DNA of 64,000 nt from Vairimorpha necatrix (GCA_036630325.1 CP142727.1:496001-560000); one strand, 5' to 3'; positions 31,049 to 43,698 are shown, numbered from the stretch's first letter. Notes: generated from the sequence alone by a model not told the origin. Numbers and translations are program-made.

Positions 31049-33382
31049 ATGTCAAAGGAGGAGATCTCATGCAAGATATGCCATGCAGTAGAAACAGAAA
31101 TGGAGAATTTTTGTTGTCCTTGTAAATGTACAGGAAGTATAAAATTTATTCATAGATTTTGTCTATTGAAATTTATAGAGAGTAGTGGTAAAGAGTTTTG
31201 TACGATCTGCAAGTACAAATATAAATTTAGAAGTATTTACAAAAAGAACACGCCTTCAAGATTGCCTATAAATTTGATAATTAGAGAAATATTTCAGAGA
31301 GTTTTAAAATGCATAAAATACATATTTAATACATTGATGATATTGTCAATAATATGTCTAGTGGTTTATATTAATGGAAGTTTGTTTCTTCGATTTATTT
31401 GCAATAATATTGCAGATACCCATTTAAATATATGCGGGGTGGGAATTCCTATTACTTGCATTTCATTTTCGTTTTATTGTTTGTATTATAATGTTACCAG
31501 AGTAACAAGAAGTTTAACTGTAAGAAGGAACATTAGAGTTGATTCGTTGAGTGTTATTAGTTCAATGGCCAGCGAGGCCATATCTTATGATGAAGCACCA
31601 AGGACAATATTGTCAAATATAGCGAATGAGAGAGATATTTCATTTTTGAGTACGACAGACGACACAATGCCGCCAAGGAACGACTCAAGTGATGAAAACT
31701 CAGAAGATACACAAAACCAAGTTGATGATTTTATTTTCCATGTTTCTATTGATTTTAAACTTATTCCAAAGTGTTGCAGTCTCGTACTTTTCTTGGGTTT
31801 GTTTTTAAAAATCGCTAATTATGTCCTTTATGATCTGCCGAATTGTCAATTTTCTGATTTTTTACGACAAGTTTGTTTGTACGATCTTACAAAAACAGTC
31901 TTTGTTGTTTACACTCTTTTTTTAAGTTTGCTTTTGATAACTTGGAATTTTAAAAAAATTTACGATTTTCTTAAACTTCTTAATTTAATATTTGTCTGTT
32001 TTGCGATCATTGTTTTCGTTGATGGGGTGTGTGTTCATTTTTTATTTGCTAAGATTTGCAATAATGGCGTATTGGTTGATTTGGCCACTACATATTCCAG
32101 TGTTTTTAGTAGTTTTATATTTCATATGATTATAGGATATGAATTTAATTCATTTTTTAAGAATTGTATTTTAAGCTACGCCGATAAATTTAGACCTGGC
32201 ATGTTATGGAGTGTGGCCGAACCAACTGAAGGATCTTTTGATTTCTTGTACAAATTATCACAAAGGCCTTTACACGTCTTATTTTATAAAGCAATCAGGA
32301 ATTCTCTCTTTCATCTTTTCACTTACTTGGTTATATTGACTACAGTAAAATCGGAAATCAATAGAACTTTCCAAATTTCTGATATTTACAAGTTCGTGAT
32401 ATTTTTTAGACTCAAAAATCTTATCAATTCGGCATTGAGGCCTTTCTTGGAAGGAATGTCTTTTCTTAATTCTAAGATTCTGAAATATCTGTCAAGATAT
32501 TTTAAAATGGAAAATTTATTATTTGGTGAAAAAATTTTATATGGTAGAAATATGGAAGGAAATATCAAGTGGTGTCCCAACAAGCATAAATATTATGACA
32601 GTAATAAAGTAAACAGAAAGCGCAATAAAAAAGCGACACCTCTTCAAATAGAAAAATATTTTAAAATGAGTCACAACAATAACTTTGGTTTATTTTATAT
32701 TCCGAAATTTAACAAATTATATCTTGGAATATTTTCCCTGTTGATTATTGTTTCCACTTCTCTGGGCTTTAAACTTGTTCTGCGTCTCACTAAGATATCT
32801 TATAATTTTGTCTTGTCTCGGTCTCCCATCTTTTCACACATAGCAGATTATCTTTACATTCTCTTAGCAGGCTTGGTTTTCTTTATTTTCACTATTCCTT
32901 TAAATATTAAGAAATTTAAAAATATTCACAAGAAGATTTTGCTTCTTCTTTATGTGAATGTCTTCTGGCCTCTTTGGATTTCTGGCCTTACTATTTTTTA
33001 TTATGGGGATGAATCTTTTAATTTACTCCCGTCTAGATGTTTCATGATGTTCTTTGCTACATCTGACACTTTGAAATATTTATTTAACAATTTGATCTTT
33101 TCTGCTTCTATTCAGTATTATTCTTTATTTGAGATCTTTAAGAAGTTATATACTTTTACTTGGTCTACTACATTCTGTATTTCCACAGCAGTGCAGTTTA
33201 AATCGTGGATATCAATGATATTTAGATTTGGTTTGAATATTCCACTGTTTTATTTGATACCATTTGCCTTCATATTAATTTTCCATAATAATAGAATCGT
33301 AGAATTTTATAAAAGATTTTTAGAAAATATAAAACAAGAGAATTACCTTGTAGATCGAGAAATAGTAAATTATAATGAGTGA
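31049..33382 (+). CDS. SSM4: RING-CH multi-pass membrane E3 ubiquitin ligase, Doa10/Ssm4/MARCH6-like
   Basis: N-terminal RING-variant CKICH...PCKCTGSIKFIHRFCL...CTICKY, followed by many TM spans and a TD-domain-like FRPGML motif. Confidence 0.85.
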   Translation: MSKEEISCKICHAVETEMENFCCPCKCTGSIKFIHRFCLLKFIESSGKEFCTICKYKYKFRSIYKKNTPSRLPINLIIREIFQRVLKCIKYIFNTLMILSIICLVVYINGSLFLRFICNNIADTHLNICGVGIPITCISFSFYCLYYNVTRVTRSLTVRRNIRVDSLSVISSMASEAISYDEAPRTILSNIANERDISFLSTTDDTMPPRNDSSDENSEDTQNQVDDFIFHVSIDFKLIPKCCSLVLFLGLFLKIANYVLYDLPNCQFSDFLRQVCLYDLTKTVFVVYTLFLSLLLITWNFKKIYDFLKLLNLIFVCFAIIVFVDGVCVHFLFAKICNNGVLVDLATTYSSVFSSFIFHMIIGYEFNSFFKNCILSYADKFRPGMLWSVAEPTEGSFDFLYKLSQRPLHVLFYKAIRNSLFHLFTYLVILTTVKSEINRTFQISDIYKFVIFFRLKNLINSALRPFLEGMSFLNSKILKYLSRYFKMENLLFGEKILYGRNMEGNIKWCPNKHKYYDSNKVNRKRNKKATPLQIEKYFKMSHNNNFGLFYIPKFNKLYLGIFSLLIIVSTSLGFKLVLRLTKISYNFVLSRSPIFSHIADYLYILLAGLVFFIFTIPLNIKKFKNIHKKILLLLYVNVFWPLWISGLTIFYYGDESFNLLPSRCFMMFFATSDTLKYLFNNLIFSASIQYYSLFEIFKKLYTFTWSTTFCISTAVQFKSWISMIFRFGLNIPLFYLIPFAFILIFHNNRIVEFYKRFLENIKQENYLVDREIVNYNE

Positions 33383-33483
33383 CAAAAAAAGAAATAAATT
33401 TTTTAATGTCTAATTGAAACAAGAAATTCATATTTTTACATTTTAAAAAAATCAATTTGTTCATTTAGTTAAATACATTTTCT

Positions 33484-33496
33484 ATTTACCCCTATG
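33484..33496 (+). promoter_or_regulatory. microsporidian CCC-like start-proximal motif (one example; recurs at most genes)
   Basis: TTTACCCCTATG. Similar CCC tracts lie shortly upstream of the ATGs at 7210, 9862, 17592, 20141, 31049, 36863, 40395, 50308, 56213, 58882 and 63205. Confidence 0.7.
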
Positions 33497-35254
33497 GATC
33501 AGAAAAACAAAGCCACTTGGCAGAAAATTATAGAAAAAAAATTAGTAAAAAATTTATCATCAGAAAAAACTAAAAAAAATGACACAGAAGTTAATAATCT
33601 ACAAAGTCGTATGAAAAAAAGCGAAGAAATTATTGTCTCTGACTCTAAAAAAGAACCAGAAAAAGAACAAAGTTATAAACTCAAAGTCTATGTCAATGAG
33701 CAAGGAACAGTCACTTTGAAACCTTCTAATAAAAAATTGGCAAGTATTCTGTTTAATTTAGAAGATACAATTTACGATATAAAAAACAATGAATGGAAAA
33801 TTACACATTTGAATTATAACAAAATAAAAAAAAATTTAAAACTGGGCAAATTCGTCTTTAAGGACATTCCTAAAGGAACTTTAAATCTTTTAAATAAAAC
33901 AATACCAAATAAAAAATTTGAACTTCTTGGAGAAATTTATGAAAAAATGTTTAATTTTCAAAGAGAAGCTGTCATTTTTGCTCTGAATAGAGGCGGGAGA
34001 GTCATATTGGGAGATGATATGGGATTAGGTAAAACAATCCAAGCTTTAGGAATAGCCTTTTATTATAAATTAGAATGGCCTTTACTTGTCATAGCTCCTG
34101 CTTCTCTGCTTGATAATTGGGCAGCTGCTATCAAACAATTTTTAAGCCTCGATTCTAGAGTAATTAGATGCCGAACAGATTTCGGCGACAAAATTTCAAT
34201 AATAAGTTTTGATATGTGCAGTAAATTTATAGAAATAGTAAAAACTTTTGATTATGGCGTGATAATTGTCGACTAATGCCATTATATTAAAACTGCTACA
34301 AGTAAACGCACTAAAAATATACTTCCTGTTTTACAAAATGCGGGTAGACTCGTTCTTATGTCCGGGACTCCTGCCGTCAGTCGACCTTTGGAATTGTACA
34401 CAATTTTCTGCGCAATGGAAAAAACTCTTTTCCCAAATTTCTCTGAATACGGGATGAGATATTGCAACGGGCGTAAGATAAAACATTGGTACGATTATAA
34501 AGGATGTTCACACGCAGAAGAATTAAATTTCATACTTAATAAGTATTTTATGATAAGACGACTCAAAGATCAAGTCTTGTCGCAGCTACCTGATAAATTT
34601 AGAAGACAAATTATTATTAATTGTGGACGTACAACAGAATGTAAAAATATTTCTCTGGTTGGTGATGTAGTCGAACAAACTGTCATGGGAATGTACAGAG
34701 AAGCCGCCAGTCAGAAATTAGAGCCTGTAAAAATGTATATTGACACTATTTTAGAAAAAGATATAAAATTTATAATATTTGCTCATCATTCTGTAATGAT
34801 GGAAGGATTGACAGAATATCTCAAAGGAAAAAATGTCAAATTTATCAAAATGGATGGATCTGTTCTAACAAGTCAAAGACAGAAACTTGTAGACGATTTT
34901 CAAAATAATGACACTATTAGAGTGGCTTTGTTGAGTGTAACTGCCTGTAATACGGGACTTACTCTGACCAGTGGTAAGCTTGTAGTTTTCGCCGAATTAT
35001 ATTGGAACCCGGGCACTTTATTGCAGGCTGAAGATCGTATACACAGAATAGGCCAAAGCAGCAATGTGGATATTCATTATTTAGTCTGTAAAGGAACAGT
35101 AGACGAATATGTTTGGCCTATTTTATTAAAGAAACTGAATGTGTTACAAAGTATAGGAATGGGAAAAAATAATCTAAAAAACGCAGAATTACAACAAATG
35201 GAAATTGATCAGATGGTACTCGACGACTTTATAGATAAACATACAGAAATATGA
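33494..35254 (+). pseudogene. SMARCAL1: SMARCAL1/ZRANB3 (HARP-type) SNF2 helicase with a single in-frame TAA at 34274-34276
   Basis: Motifs DDMGLGKTIQAL, VD*CHY, MSGTPAVSRPLELY and ELYWNPGTLLQAEDRIHRIGQ. The two ORFs are in one frame, separated only by this stop. Confidence 0.85.
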
Positions 35255-35651
35255 AGATATTTTATTTATAATTGAATGATTAAAATATCTTAATTAATTA
35301 AACTTATATTAATATAGTAAATAATTTTTACGAATAATATTTTACAGCTTTCGCAGAGTCCTTCTTCACTGTAGAATTTTATCTTTACTCAATTTTTTTT
35401 GAATAAAATTTTTTTCAGTAATCCGAAATCTAGCTCTCAAGAATCATCTTGCACTCTTTGTTTAATTTTATATTCTCATGAACTTTTTTCATGATGATAA
35501 TTGATCTAAAATTTTATAAAAGTTTTCTAAACGCAAAAAAAAATCATTCTGTTCAATCTTTCATGTAATACATTCGATCTAGTGTTATTAGCTTTATGTA
35601 GATATTCTTTTTGGTATATATATGATTCTAAGCGTTAATCAATTAAAATAG

Positions 35652-35724
35652 TGTATAATATCTTAGCTACTGATTACTTTAACAAGATACACTTACAATC
35701 TCTTCTGGCAGTTCCAGGAATTCC
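35652..35724 (-). mobile_element. short 3' remnant of the RLE non-LTR family
   Basis: Matches 53590-53670 (ATTACTTT..CAAGATAC.CTTACA.TCTC.TCTGGCAGTTCCAGGA). Confidence 0.55.
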
Positions 35725-36041
35725 TGTATTCATGTAAATTAACATTTTTTTATAAAAATTTTATTCAAAAACCATTTAAGTAAACAGTCAAAAAAAATTG
35801 ACATTACTTTTTCTAATTGTAAGTTTCACTTTCAGATCCCAAAGGGTCATATTATTTAAATATAGATTTAATCGTTTTTTTACGCTTAAAATCTGATTAA
35901 ATGATTTTTTAACAAGCATATAATGTAAATATGTATTTATATTTAAGAAAATTAATTGAGGTAAGTACATTAAAACATTATACTTATGTATCAAATATGT
36001 TATACAGATTGATTCTAAAGGTAGATTTTTTGTAAGGTATA

Positions 36042-36863
36042 CTAATTTAATGAAATTGGAACTCCTGCGTATATGTTTTTTACATAATTATAATTTTCCT
36101 GATTTATTACATCATAATCTTCTATACCACTATTATTAAAGAAGTTTTTAATCTTATTATCACTCCTCAATTGTAAACGTAAATTTCTAGCTCTTACTTT
36201 GTCTAACTTCTCATTTATTTTATTAAACTTTTTGTAATTAAAAATTCTCATATCTTCACAATAACACCCAAACTTAAACGATATTGAAATCTTTCCATCT
36301 ATCAATTCTTTTAGCTCTTCAAAATCCGACTTATTAAATTTATACAATCCAACTTCATAAATCAGATGTATTAAATTAGCTGAATTATAAGCTAGAACTT
36401 CTAGAAATAATGACGAGTTATCAACATTATAAATAAAAGTGTCGTCATTTGTAAAGTTATTTACGTATTCATAAAATTTAAAGAAATTGAATAACTTTTT
36501 TTGTTTTCGTTCATTTTCTGTTAGATATAGTTTTTTAATTATATTTTTTATTTTTTTATTATGTACGAGTATTTTATATACAAACCTTGATATAATTTCA
36601 AAATCGGAATATTGAAAAGGAAATTGAAAGTTAAACTTGGTTCGAGGCTTTTCTCTTGGTTCACAATAAAATAAATTTAAGAATAAAGGTTCTAAAAAAT
36701 AAATTTTTTTGTCTTGTTTATTATAAATATATAATTTTCCACCTACTGATGACTGTAAAATTGTTTGACTATCATAGGTATTTGTTTCTGCAAGAATAGA
36801 TTGTAAATTTGGAAAGGATTCATTCGTAAATATTGTGATTAAGAACATCAATATTATACTCAT
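36042..36863 (-). CDS. lineage-specific putative secreted protein
   Basis: 273 aa with a hydrophobic N-terminus and CCC before the ATG. Shares LF(L/I)EVLAYNS with 38764-40395. Confidence 0.75.
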   Translation of the reverse strand: MSIILMFLITIFTNESFPNLQSILAETNTYDSQTILQSSVGGKLYIYNKQDKKIYFLEPLFLNLFYCEPREKPRTKFNFQFPFQYSDFEIISRFVYKILVHNKKIKNIIKKLYLTENERKQKKLFNFFKFYEYVNNFTNDDTFIYNVDNSSLFLEVLAYNSANLIHLIYEVGLYKFNKSDFEELKELIDGKISISFKFGCYCEDMRIFNYKKFNKINEKLDKVRARNLRLQLRSDNKIKNFFNNSGIEDYDVINQENYNYVKNIYAGVPISLN

Positions 36864-38763
36864 AAGGGCCTGCTGTGATTAAAATTAATATTATAAACAT
36901 ATTTGTTACTCTTTATTCGATAACTTTAAAGGTGATAATTTGTTATATGGTTGTTAAATATCATTAGTATTTATTTATGATATGTTATTAAAAATCCAAT
37001 TGTTTAATCTATGTTGGGTAATAAGACTTTATTTTTTATATGTGGTTAAAAATAAATATTTTCCGCAGTTTATAAAATTCCCCAATATGTGTTCATGACG
37101 CAATCAATACTCAATGATTCTAATTAACATATGCCTCATAATTATTATAGTTACTTCTTGGCATATTTTCGTTTAAATAATATAAAATTGCAATTTATTA
37201 ATTTTTACACAATTTTTTATATAAAATTTTAATTTTCTATACGCGTTGTACATAATATTTTTAATATAAACGAAACATTACATAAATAATGTAAATCACA
37301 AATGTAAACATCATAGTCCACATTATATATTGAATGAAGTTTTAGTCTAATGGCTTATATACATAATTTAATTCATATGATTGTTTCGAAATCGCCTTTG
37401 GTCTCAATAAATAAACCATTACAGACATTATAACAAAAGTAAGCAAGATTACTCAGCAATAAAAAAATTTAGATAAAGGATATTACATTAATATAAACAC
37501 AATGGATGAATTTTTAAAGACAAGATATTCACTTAGTATTGCAGCAGGAATACGCCTTTTGGTTTTCAGACTTGAAAGTCTCAATCTAATACGAAAAAAA
37601 AGTTGCTGACAGAAGAGTCTACTTTTGTGATTTTGATAAGTCATCAAATTAAATACAGAAACGTAATTTATATAAATTTTTTATACCAACCTACAGTAAA
37701 TGAAGCTCAAATCTAGTGTATTTAAAACGAAATCTTCTAAATAAATTAAAAATCGCAACTATGAAGTTTACATTTTACGATACGTATAGCTTAGGGCTAG
37801 GTCAATTTCAAACATCAACAATACGTGAAAAAAACATATAATACAACCTAATTGCATATTATCATATATAAAACGTGACGTAGATAATGTATATAAAAAA
37901 TTATTTATTTTGGACTCAAACTTTTTGCACTACAAAACAGAAATATACACGTAAGACAGACTTTATTCCTGTACTTTATTGGAGCTGCATAGCTTGTAGA
38001 TCATATTGAATTCGATGTGGTATTTGCATACAACATGATTATTTGGGACGACTTAAGATGCACTGCGCAGCATCCCACTACAGTTGTATAAAACGTTTAA
38101 ACTTTCAATTTAAAATAATTTGATTCCTTTTAATCAAGAATTGTATTTCTAATGATTAATCTGAGATAAATTCTTAAGTAGGATGCAAATAAGTTAAAAA
38201 ATGCAAAATAATTGCCCGACTAACCAATCCAAAAATTGGGGAAAAAATATTATAGAATGGCAATTATAAGATTGATATTTCTCTTTCGGTAAAAAATAGA
38301 AATAAATTAAAATACGTTTTGTTAGGTAAATTTTTTACTTATTTCTGACAGAATTTTACAAATATTTTCTTATGTGATGATTTGTAACCATTTTAAAATA
38401 TGTAAACTGAGGAGTTTCCTTTACAACCCACGAGAAAGCAATTATACAGACAAAAATAGTTAAAAACAGGGATAAGCAATACGGGTCCGAGCAGGCTTGG
38501 GCTCGATACTGATTTTAAAAGAACTTTTAAGACATAATGAGAGGATATATGAAGAGACTTTAGAGAAGATCCGCAGAAAATGTTTCTTTTTATAAAAATT
38601 TTTAAAATGAAGAATTCATATTTAAATAAAATTAATTTTTATTATTAGATACTTTTAATATAATACAATTTTTTTATACAAAGATTGGGAGTTTACTGAA
38701 GTTTAAATATATTAGTCACATTACACTTTTCGTATAACTTTATCATATTGAAGAATTCGCTAG

Positions 38764-40395
38764 TCAAACAATCTTGTTTTCTTGAGTTATTAGTTCACGG
38801 GTACTTGTGATATTATTTTTTATACCATCTTTTATGATATTAGTTTGATTAATTCTGTTGATATTTTCGTAACTATATCTTGTTTGAACTTGTAAATCCT
38901 TTGTTTTTACTTTAACTAGTTCTTCGTTTATTTTAATTAATTTTCCACTATCAAAAATCATCAAATACTTCCATGGACAACTTTTTTTTAGTAATACTGA
39001 TATACTTTCTCCTAGTGATTTTTCAAGTTTATTAAAATCACGTTTTGAAAATCTTGAGAAACCGGCTAAAGAGAACTTACAGCCCCCGCATTTGAGGCGC
39101 TACGATTTTTTTTTCCGAACCCCAAAAATGAAGTGTAAAAAAAGGAGGAGCAAAGAAGAGACGAAAATTACTAAGCACTTATGATTTTAAATTAACAAAT
39201 AAATATATATTTATGTACACAATTATATTTTAATACAAGTTTTTACAATAATATAAACCAATAAGCATTTTTTGCCCTTCTGATTTTTTAGAATTGGAGA
39301 CAAAACCGCTCTCTCTGAGGGTGTTCACTTTATTATTTTGAACCCCAAAAACGAAGTGCAAAATAAAGGAGAAGCAATCATTAGTACTCAAATTACTTGC
39401 ATCTTTAAACAGTAAAAATACCAAATAAATATATATTTGTATACGAAATTTAATTTAAAAAAAGAATATATTTATAAAACTATATAATTCTAAATAACTT
39501 AACATATTTAAATTAAATTTTTTGATTTAACAATCTGTATAGATCGTTGAACATTTATCTAAATTTTCTTATATAAATAATATTTATAATTTTAATTGTT
39601 GATTTATTATTAAAGTAGATTTTCTTCAAAAATCAACTTTCATAATAAACCAACAATTAAAAAAAATTGAAAAAATAAGAAGGGCGAAAAAGACACAATA
39701 CTTCAAATGATTATTATAACTAAATTTAAAATTAATTTTTGTATGAAATCAATAATTTATTTGCTATTTTTAATGTAATAAGTGCTTAGTAATTTTTGTC
39801 TCTTCTTTGCTCCTCCTTTTTTTACACTTCATTTTTGGGGTTCGAAAAAAAAATCGTAGCGCCTCAAATGCGGGGGCTGTAAGTATCCCAGCTCCGAGAA
39901 ACCTAAGCTAAAAATCATATAAATTATATCATAGGAATTGTAGGCAAGAACTTCTATAAACAATAAAGATTTTTCAATATAGTGTAAAAAAGGTTCATTA
40001 TTGGCAAATCTTACTACAAATTCGATATATTTATCAAATCTCAATATTTTCTTATGTTTACGTTCATCATCTGTTAAATGTATTTTACTCATTAAATATT
40101 TGATTTCTTTGTTTTGTTTGAGTATCCTAAACATAAAATGTGAGATATTTATGAGGTCTGTGTAATTGGGCAAACTATGAATGTCAATTTTATTATCTAC
40201 CTTGTCTAGAAATTTGCATTCTATCTCATTGTCTTTAACCTCAATTTCTTGTAAAAACATATTGAAAGTATAAAATTTTCTTTCTTCATGTGTATTTTTC
40301 GACACATTGATGTTTCTATTGTTTATTGTTTGTGTATTAATACAATTGGAACAACTTCTACAAGATAATATTTTGACTATGAGTATTACCCACAT
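38764..40395 (-). pseudogene. paralog of 36042-36863 interrupted by a MITE (263 aa when rejoined)
   Basis: Removing 39064-39895 and one TSD joins FSLGFS-RFSKRDFNKLEK...MIFDSGKLIKINEEL in frame, collinear with the intact paralog. Confidence 0.85.
39064..39895. mobile_element. Merlin-type MITE (832 bp)
   Basis: Perfect 8-bp TSD GAGAAACC, GG..CC termini and ~105-bp inverted repeats. Confidence 0.92.
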
Positions 40396-40556
40396 TTTAA
40401 TTAGGGTAATTTATAAAAAGATTCTTTTTTAAAATATTAAATTTATTTATATGACAAATTTTCTTATAAGTTAAGCATAACAATTATTTCTTTTGATAAT
40501 ATTTACAAAAATATGTCAATATGTAAAATGTCGGACTATATTTATTTAAAAATTTA

Positions 40557-43500
40557 TATAAGTGCTTAACATAATTGGGGTTTAATATTATTACTGATTA
40601 TAACATCCCCCCTCCAGACGGTTAGTCTCCTTCAACATACTTTAAATCCCCTACACCCTTAAGATCATAATGCCTTTTTTCACCAACCTTCCATTCTCTA
40701 ATCTCACTATATATGAATCCCCTGGACATAGCTCAATCACTCTTCCCATGTCTAAAAATCGACCCTTACTATACTTACTACATCCCTTTAAATTCTCATT
40801 CTTGGCAACCCTAACTATCTGGTTCCTTTTGAACTTTTCTCTAAACCAACTTTTGAACTGTTGCGCATACTTTCCCTGTGGACTATTCTCCATACTAACA
40901 TTTCCTGTATTATCGGTTAAAGCTTCTACTGGCGTGCACTTAATACCAGCATGAAAACTTAAATTATATTTCTCAATAGCTTCATAAACCTTGTTCTCGA
41001 ATTTCTCTTTTTGGCTCTTTAAAATACTATCTCTTACAGTTCTAATAACTCTTTCTACTCTTCCATTACTTCTGTGCGACTCAACGCTGACCTTTCTATG
41101 ACTAATATCCAAATTTCTACATAGCTCGGTAACTTTTTCGTTGCAAAACTCTTTACCATTATCCGTAATGATTTCCTCTGGTTTTCTACCCTGTTTACAC
41201 AAATCCTTGATAAATTCGGCAATTCCAGATGCGTGCTTGCTCTTCAATACTCTGCCCCATAATCTCCTTGTAAAGTAATCAACTGCCAAAACAATAAACG
41301 CTTTCTCATCCCTAAATTCTATTAAATCTAAGCCAACCTTCTCTAAATATCTTGTCGTGTTCACTAAATCAGTACCGCCACTCGTTTTTCTATTAAAAAT
41401 CTGACAAGTCTCGCAATTCTTAAGGACCTTTTCGATCTGATCCTTAATTCCTGGCCAATAATACTGTTTCCTCAACTCATAATATACCGTTGTTCTGCTT
41501 CTGTGGCTCAAATTTACATGACAATCCATTATTAATCTCTCTCTGTCTTGTTCCAAAGGCATCTCGCCTTCTCTACCACTATCAAATACCCAGTATTCTT
41601 TACCTTCTACAATTTTTACATGCTTATTTCTTTTCCCTTCTTTTTGTCTATCACGGCGTGTTTCATTTCTCTTTTTCTTTGCATCTTTTTCTTTTGTATA
41701 TACCCTACTTAGCGCATCGGCTACGACCATATTTTCTGGAGTTCTATATTCTATCACGAAATCAAATTCCTGAATCTTCTCGACCCATCTATTAATTCTA
41801 GCATTCTTAAAGTCGGGCTTGTTTCTTATTTCGCCCAACGCTTTATGATCAGTTTCTATTCTAAATTTCCTACCTCTTAATTCATATTCAAACTTTTTAA
41901 CGCCCCAAAAAACTGCGTACATTTCTTTTTCTGATATACCATAATTAACTTCCGTAACGGTAAACTTCTTAGACGCCCACTGTACTGGCACCCATTCTCC
42001 TTGATTATTTTTCTGTAACAGTACTGCGCCCATGCCTACATTACTAGCGTCAGTCCTCAACAAAAATTCTTTATCATAGTCTGCTATTTGCAGCTTTCCT
42101 AGGCCTTTCAATACTTCTTTTAAATTATTAAACTCGTTTTTCATATCATCCGTCCACTTCCAATTATCATTCTTCCCTTTTAAACTATCTGTCAACCTAA
42201 CTGTCAATCCAGCGTAATTCTTAATAAAATCTCTGAACCAACCCGTCATTCCTAAAAATCTTCTTACATCTGACACGCATGTTGGTATCGGAAACTCTAG
42301 GGCTTCATTTTTCTTTATCTCTGACGGTATTATATCTTCTCCATTTAAAGTGACTCCCAATAATTTAACTTCCCGTTGACAAAACTGAACTTTATTTGCA
42401 TTCAGCTTCAAATTGTTTTCCTTCAGTCTATTTAATACCCTTTTCACTAATTGCTCGTGTTCTCCTATCGTTCGGCTGTACAACACAATATCGTCCATAT
42501 ACACCTCTACTCCTTTGCCTTTCATATCTCTAAAAATCCTATCCATAATTCTCTGCAATATCTGCGGGCTATTCTTATATCCCATAACCATAGAGTTCCA
42601 TTCATAAACCTTGCCATTAAAATCAAACGCCGTCTTATGTTTATCCTCCTCCTCTATCTCAATACTATAGAAGGCCTCTTTTAAGTCGAAAACCGTCATA
42701 TATTTTGCACCTTGTGTAGCTCTTACAACATCTCTTATGTTAGACAATCTATACTCGTCCTTTTGTACAATATCGTTCAATGCCATCAAATTACTAACCA
42801 GTCTTATCTCACCATTTGGCTTTCTGATTGACCTTATAGGATTCCTCCAACTTGAATTTGACTCTCTTATCACTTTCCTTTTTAATAAATCTTCTAGATG
42901 TAGCTCTGTATCTTTTATCAACGCCTGCGGAACCATTTGTCCCTTTTTAAATACCTTCATACCCGCTTCAGTATTAATTTTACATTTTTCCAGTTTACAA
43001 TATTTTATCTCCTCTTTTCCTAACTTAAAAACCTCTCCAAAACTCTTAGCATACTTATCTAAATTTAATCTGATTCTCTTACTCTCCTCTTTAACGGCAT
43101 ATTCTTTTTGATTTTTCTCAAATTTGACTCTAAGTCCTCTTTTTGATCTTCTAAAATCTCGCTCCTGACTTGACTCTGATTCACTACCTACTTCCATTTT
43201 GCAACTGTTATCCTTGTTATTCTTTTTATAATAATTATCTCTATTAATCTTCAGTCTGCATTCAAACACCCTATGCCCTTGTCTATCACAATAGAAGCAT
43301 CTCGGTACTCTCGATTTTTGTCTTGGTTGTTCTCTACTAATTTCTTCATTTATAGTCCTAGAAATAATTTTTCTCATTTCCTCATATATCTTTTCTTTTT
43401 CCTCTACTTCCTTAATCCTTAACAATAGCTTCTTCCTTATTCCTTCAATATTTTCTTCCTTTTTGATATTTCTCACAATAAAATCTTTTAAATCCATCGA

Positions 43501-43698
43501 AGCCAACTTGAACAGCTCACTCTTCCATTTCACTCTATCTACATCTCTCAAATCCAATTCATACAATATACGCTCTAACTCCTGTAACATCTTTCTGACC
43601 ACTTGGCCACAGTCCTCTCTTGTAAACTCTTCTTTAGGTATCGCCCCCATATAAGTGCTTAACATAATTGGGGTTTAATATTATTACTGATTATAACA
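40557..43698 (-). mobile_element. mini-LTR Ty3/gypsy-like retroelement, family B copy 2 (3142 bp)
   Basis: Identical 49-bp repeats at 40557-40605 and 43650-43698, 5-bp TSD ATTTA, PPT and PBS. Confidence 0.97.
40651..43665 (-). CDS. family B polyprotein with a 1-bp homopolymer deletion altering the last residues
   Basis: 1004 aa, near-identical to 13652-16696. The T run near 40675-40680 is one base shorter, and the homologous stop would be at 40622. Confidence 0.9.
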   Translation of the reverse strand: MLSTYMGAIPKEEFTREDCGQVVRKMLQELERILYELDLRDVDRVKWKSELFKLASMDLKDFIVRNIKKEENIEGIRKKLLLRIKEVEEKEKIYEEMRKIISRTINEEISREQPRQKSRVPRCFYCDRQGHRVFECRLKINRDNYYKKNNKDNSCKMEVGSESESSQERDFRRSKRGLRVKFEKNQKEYAVKEESKRIRLNLDKYAKSFGEVFKLGKEEIKYCKLEKCKINTEAGMKVFKKGQMVPQALIKDTELHLEDLLKRKVIRESNSSWRNPIRSIRKPNGEIRLVSNLMALNDIVQKDEYRLSNIRDVVRATQGAKYMTVFDLKEAFYSIEIEEEDKHKTAFDFNGKVYEWNSMVMGYKNSPQILQRIMDRIFRDMKGKGVEVYMDDIVLYSRTIGEHEQLVKRVLNRLKENNLKLNANKVQFCQREVKLLGVTLNGEDIIPSEIKKNEALEFPIPTCVSDVRRFLGMTGWFRDFIKNYAGLTVRLTDSLKGKNDNWKWTDDMKNEFNNLKEVLKGLGKLQIADYDKEFLLRTDASNVGMGAVLLQKNNQGEWVPVQWASKKFTVTEVNYGISEKEMYAVFWGVKKFEYELRGRKFRIETDHKALGEIRNKPDFKNARINRWVEKIQEFDFVIEYRTPENMVVADALSRVYTKEKDAKKKRNETRRDRQKEGKRNKHVKIVEGKEYWVFDSGREGEMPLEQDRERLIMDCHVNLSHRSRTTVYYELRKQYYWPGIKDQIEKVLKNCETCQIFNRKTSGGTDLVNTTRYLEKVGLDLIEFRDEKAFIVLAVDYFTRRLWGRVLKSKHASGIAEFIKDLCKQGRKPEEIITDNGKEFCNEKVTELCRNLDISHRKVSVESHRSNGRVERVIRTVRDSILKSQKEKFENKVYEAIEKYNLSFHAGIKCTPVEALTDNTGNVSMENSPQGKYAQQFKSWFREKFKRNQIVRVAKNENLKGCSKYSKGRFLDMGRVIELCPGDSYIVRLENGRLVKKGIMILRV

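Noticed and set aside
34274-34276. Alternative genetic code with TAA read as Glu
   Set aside because: TAA is the normal terminator at 8934, 10158, 51072 and 63714, and no other host gene in the window needs read-through.
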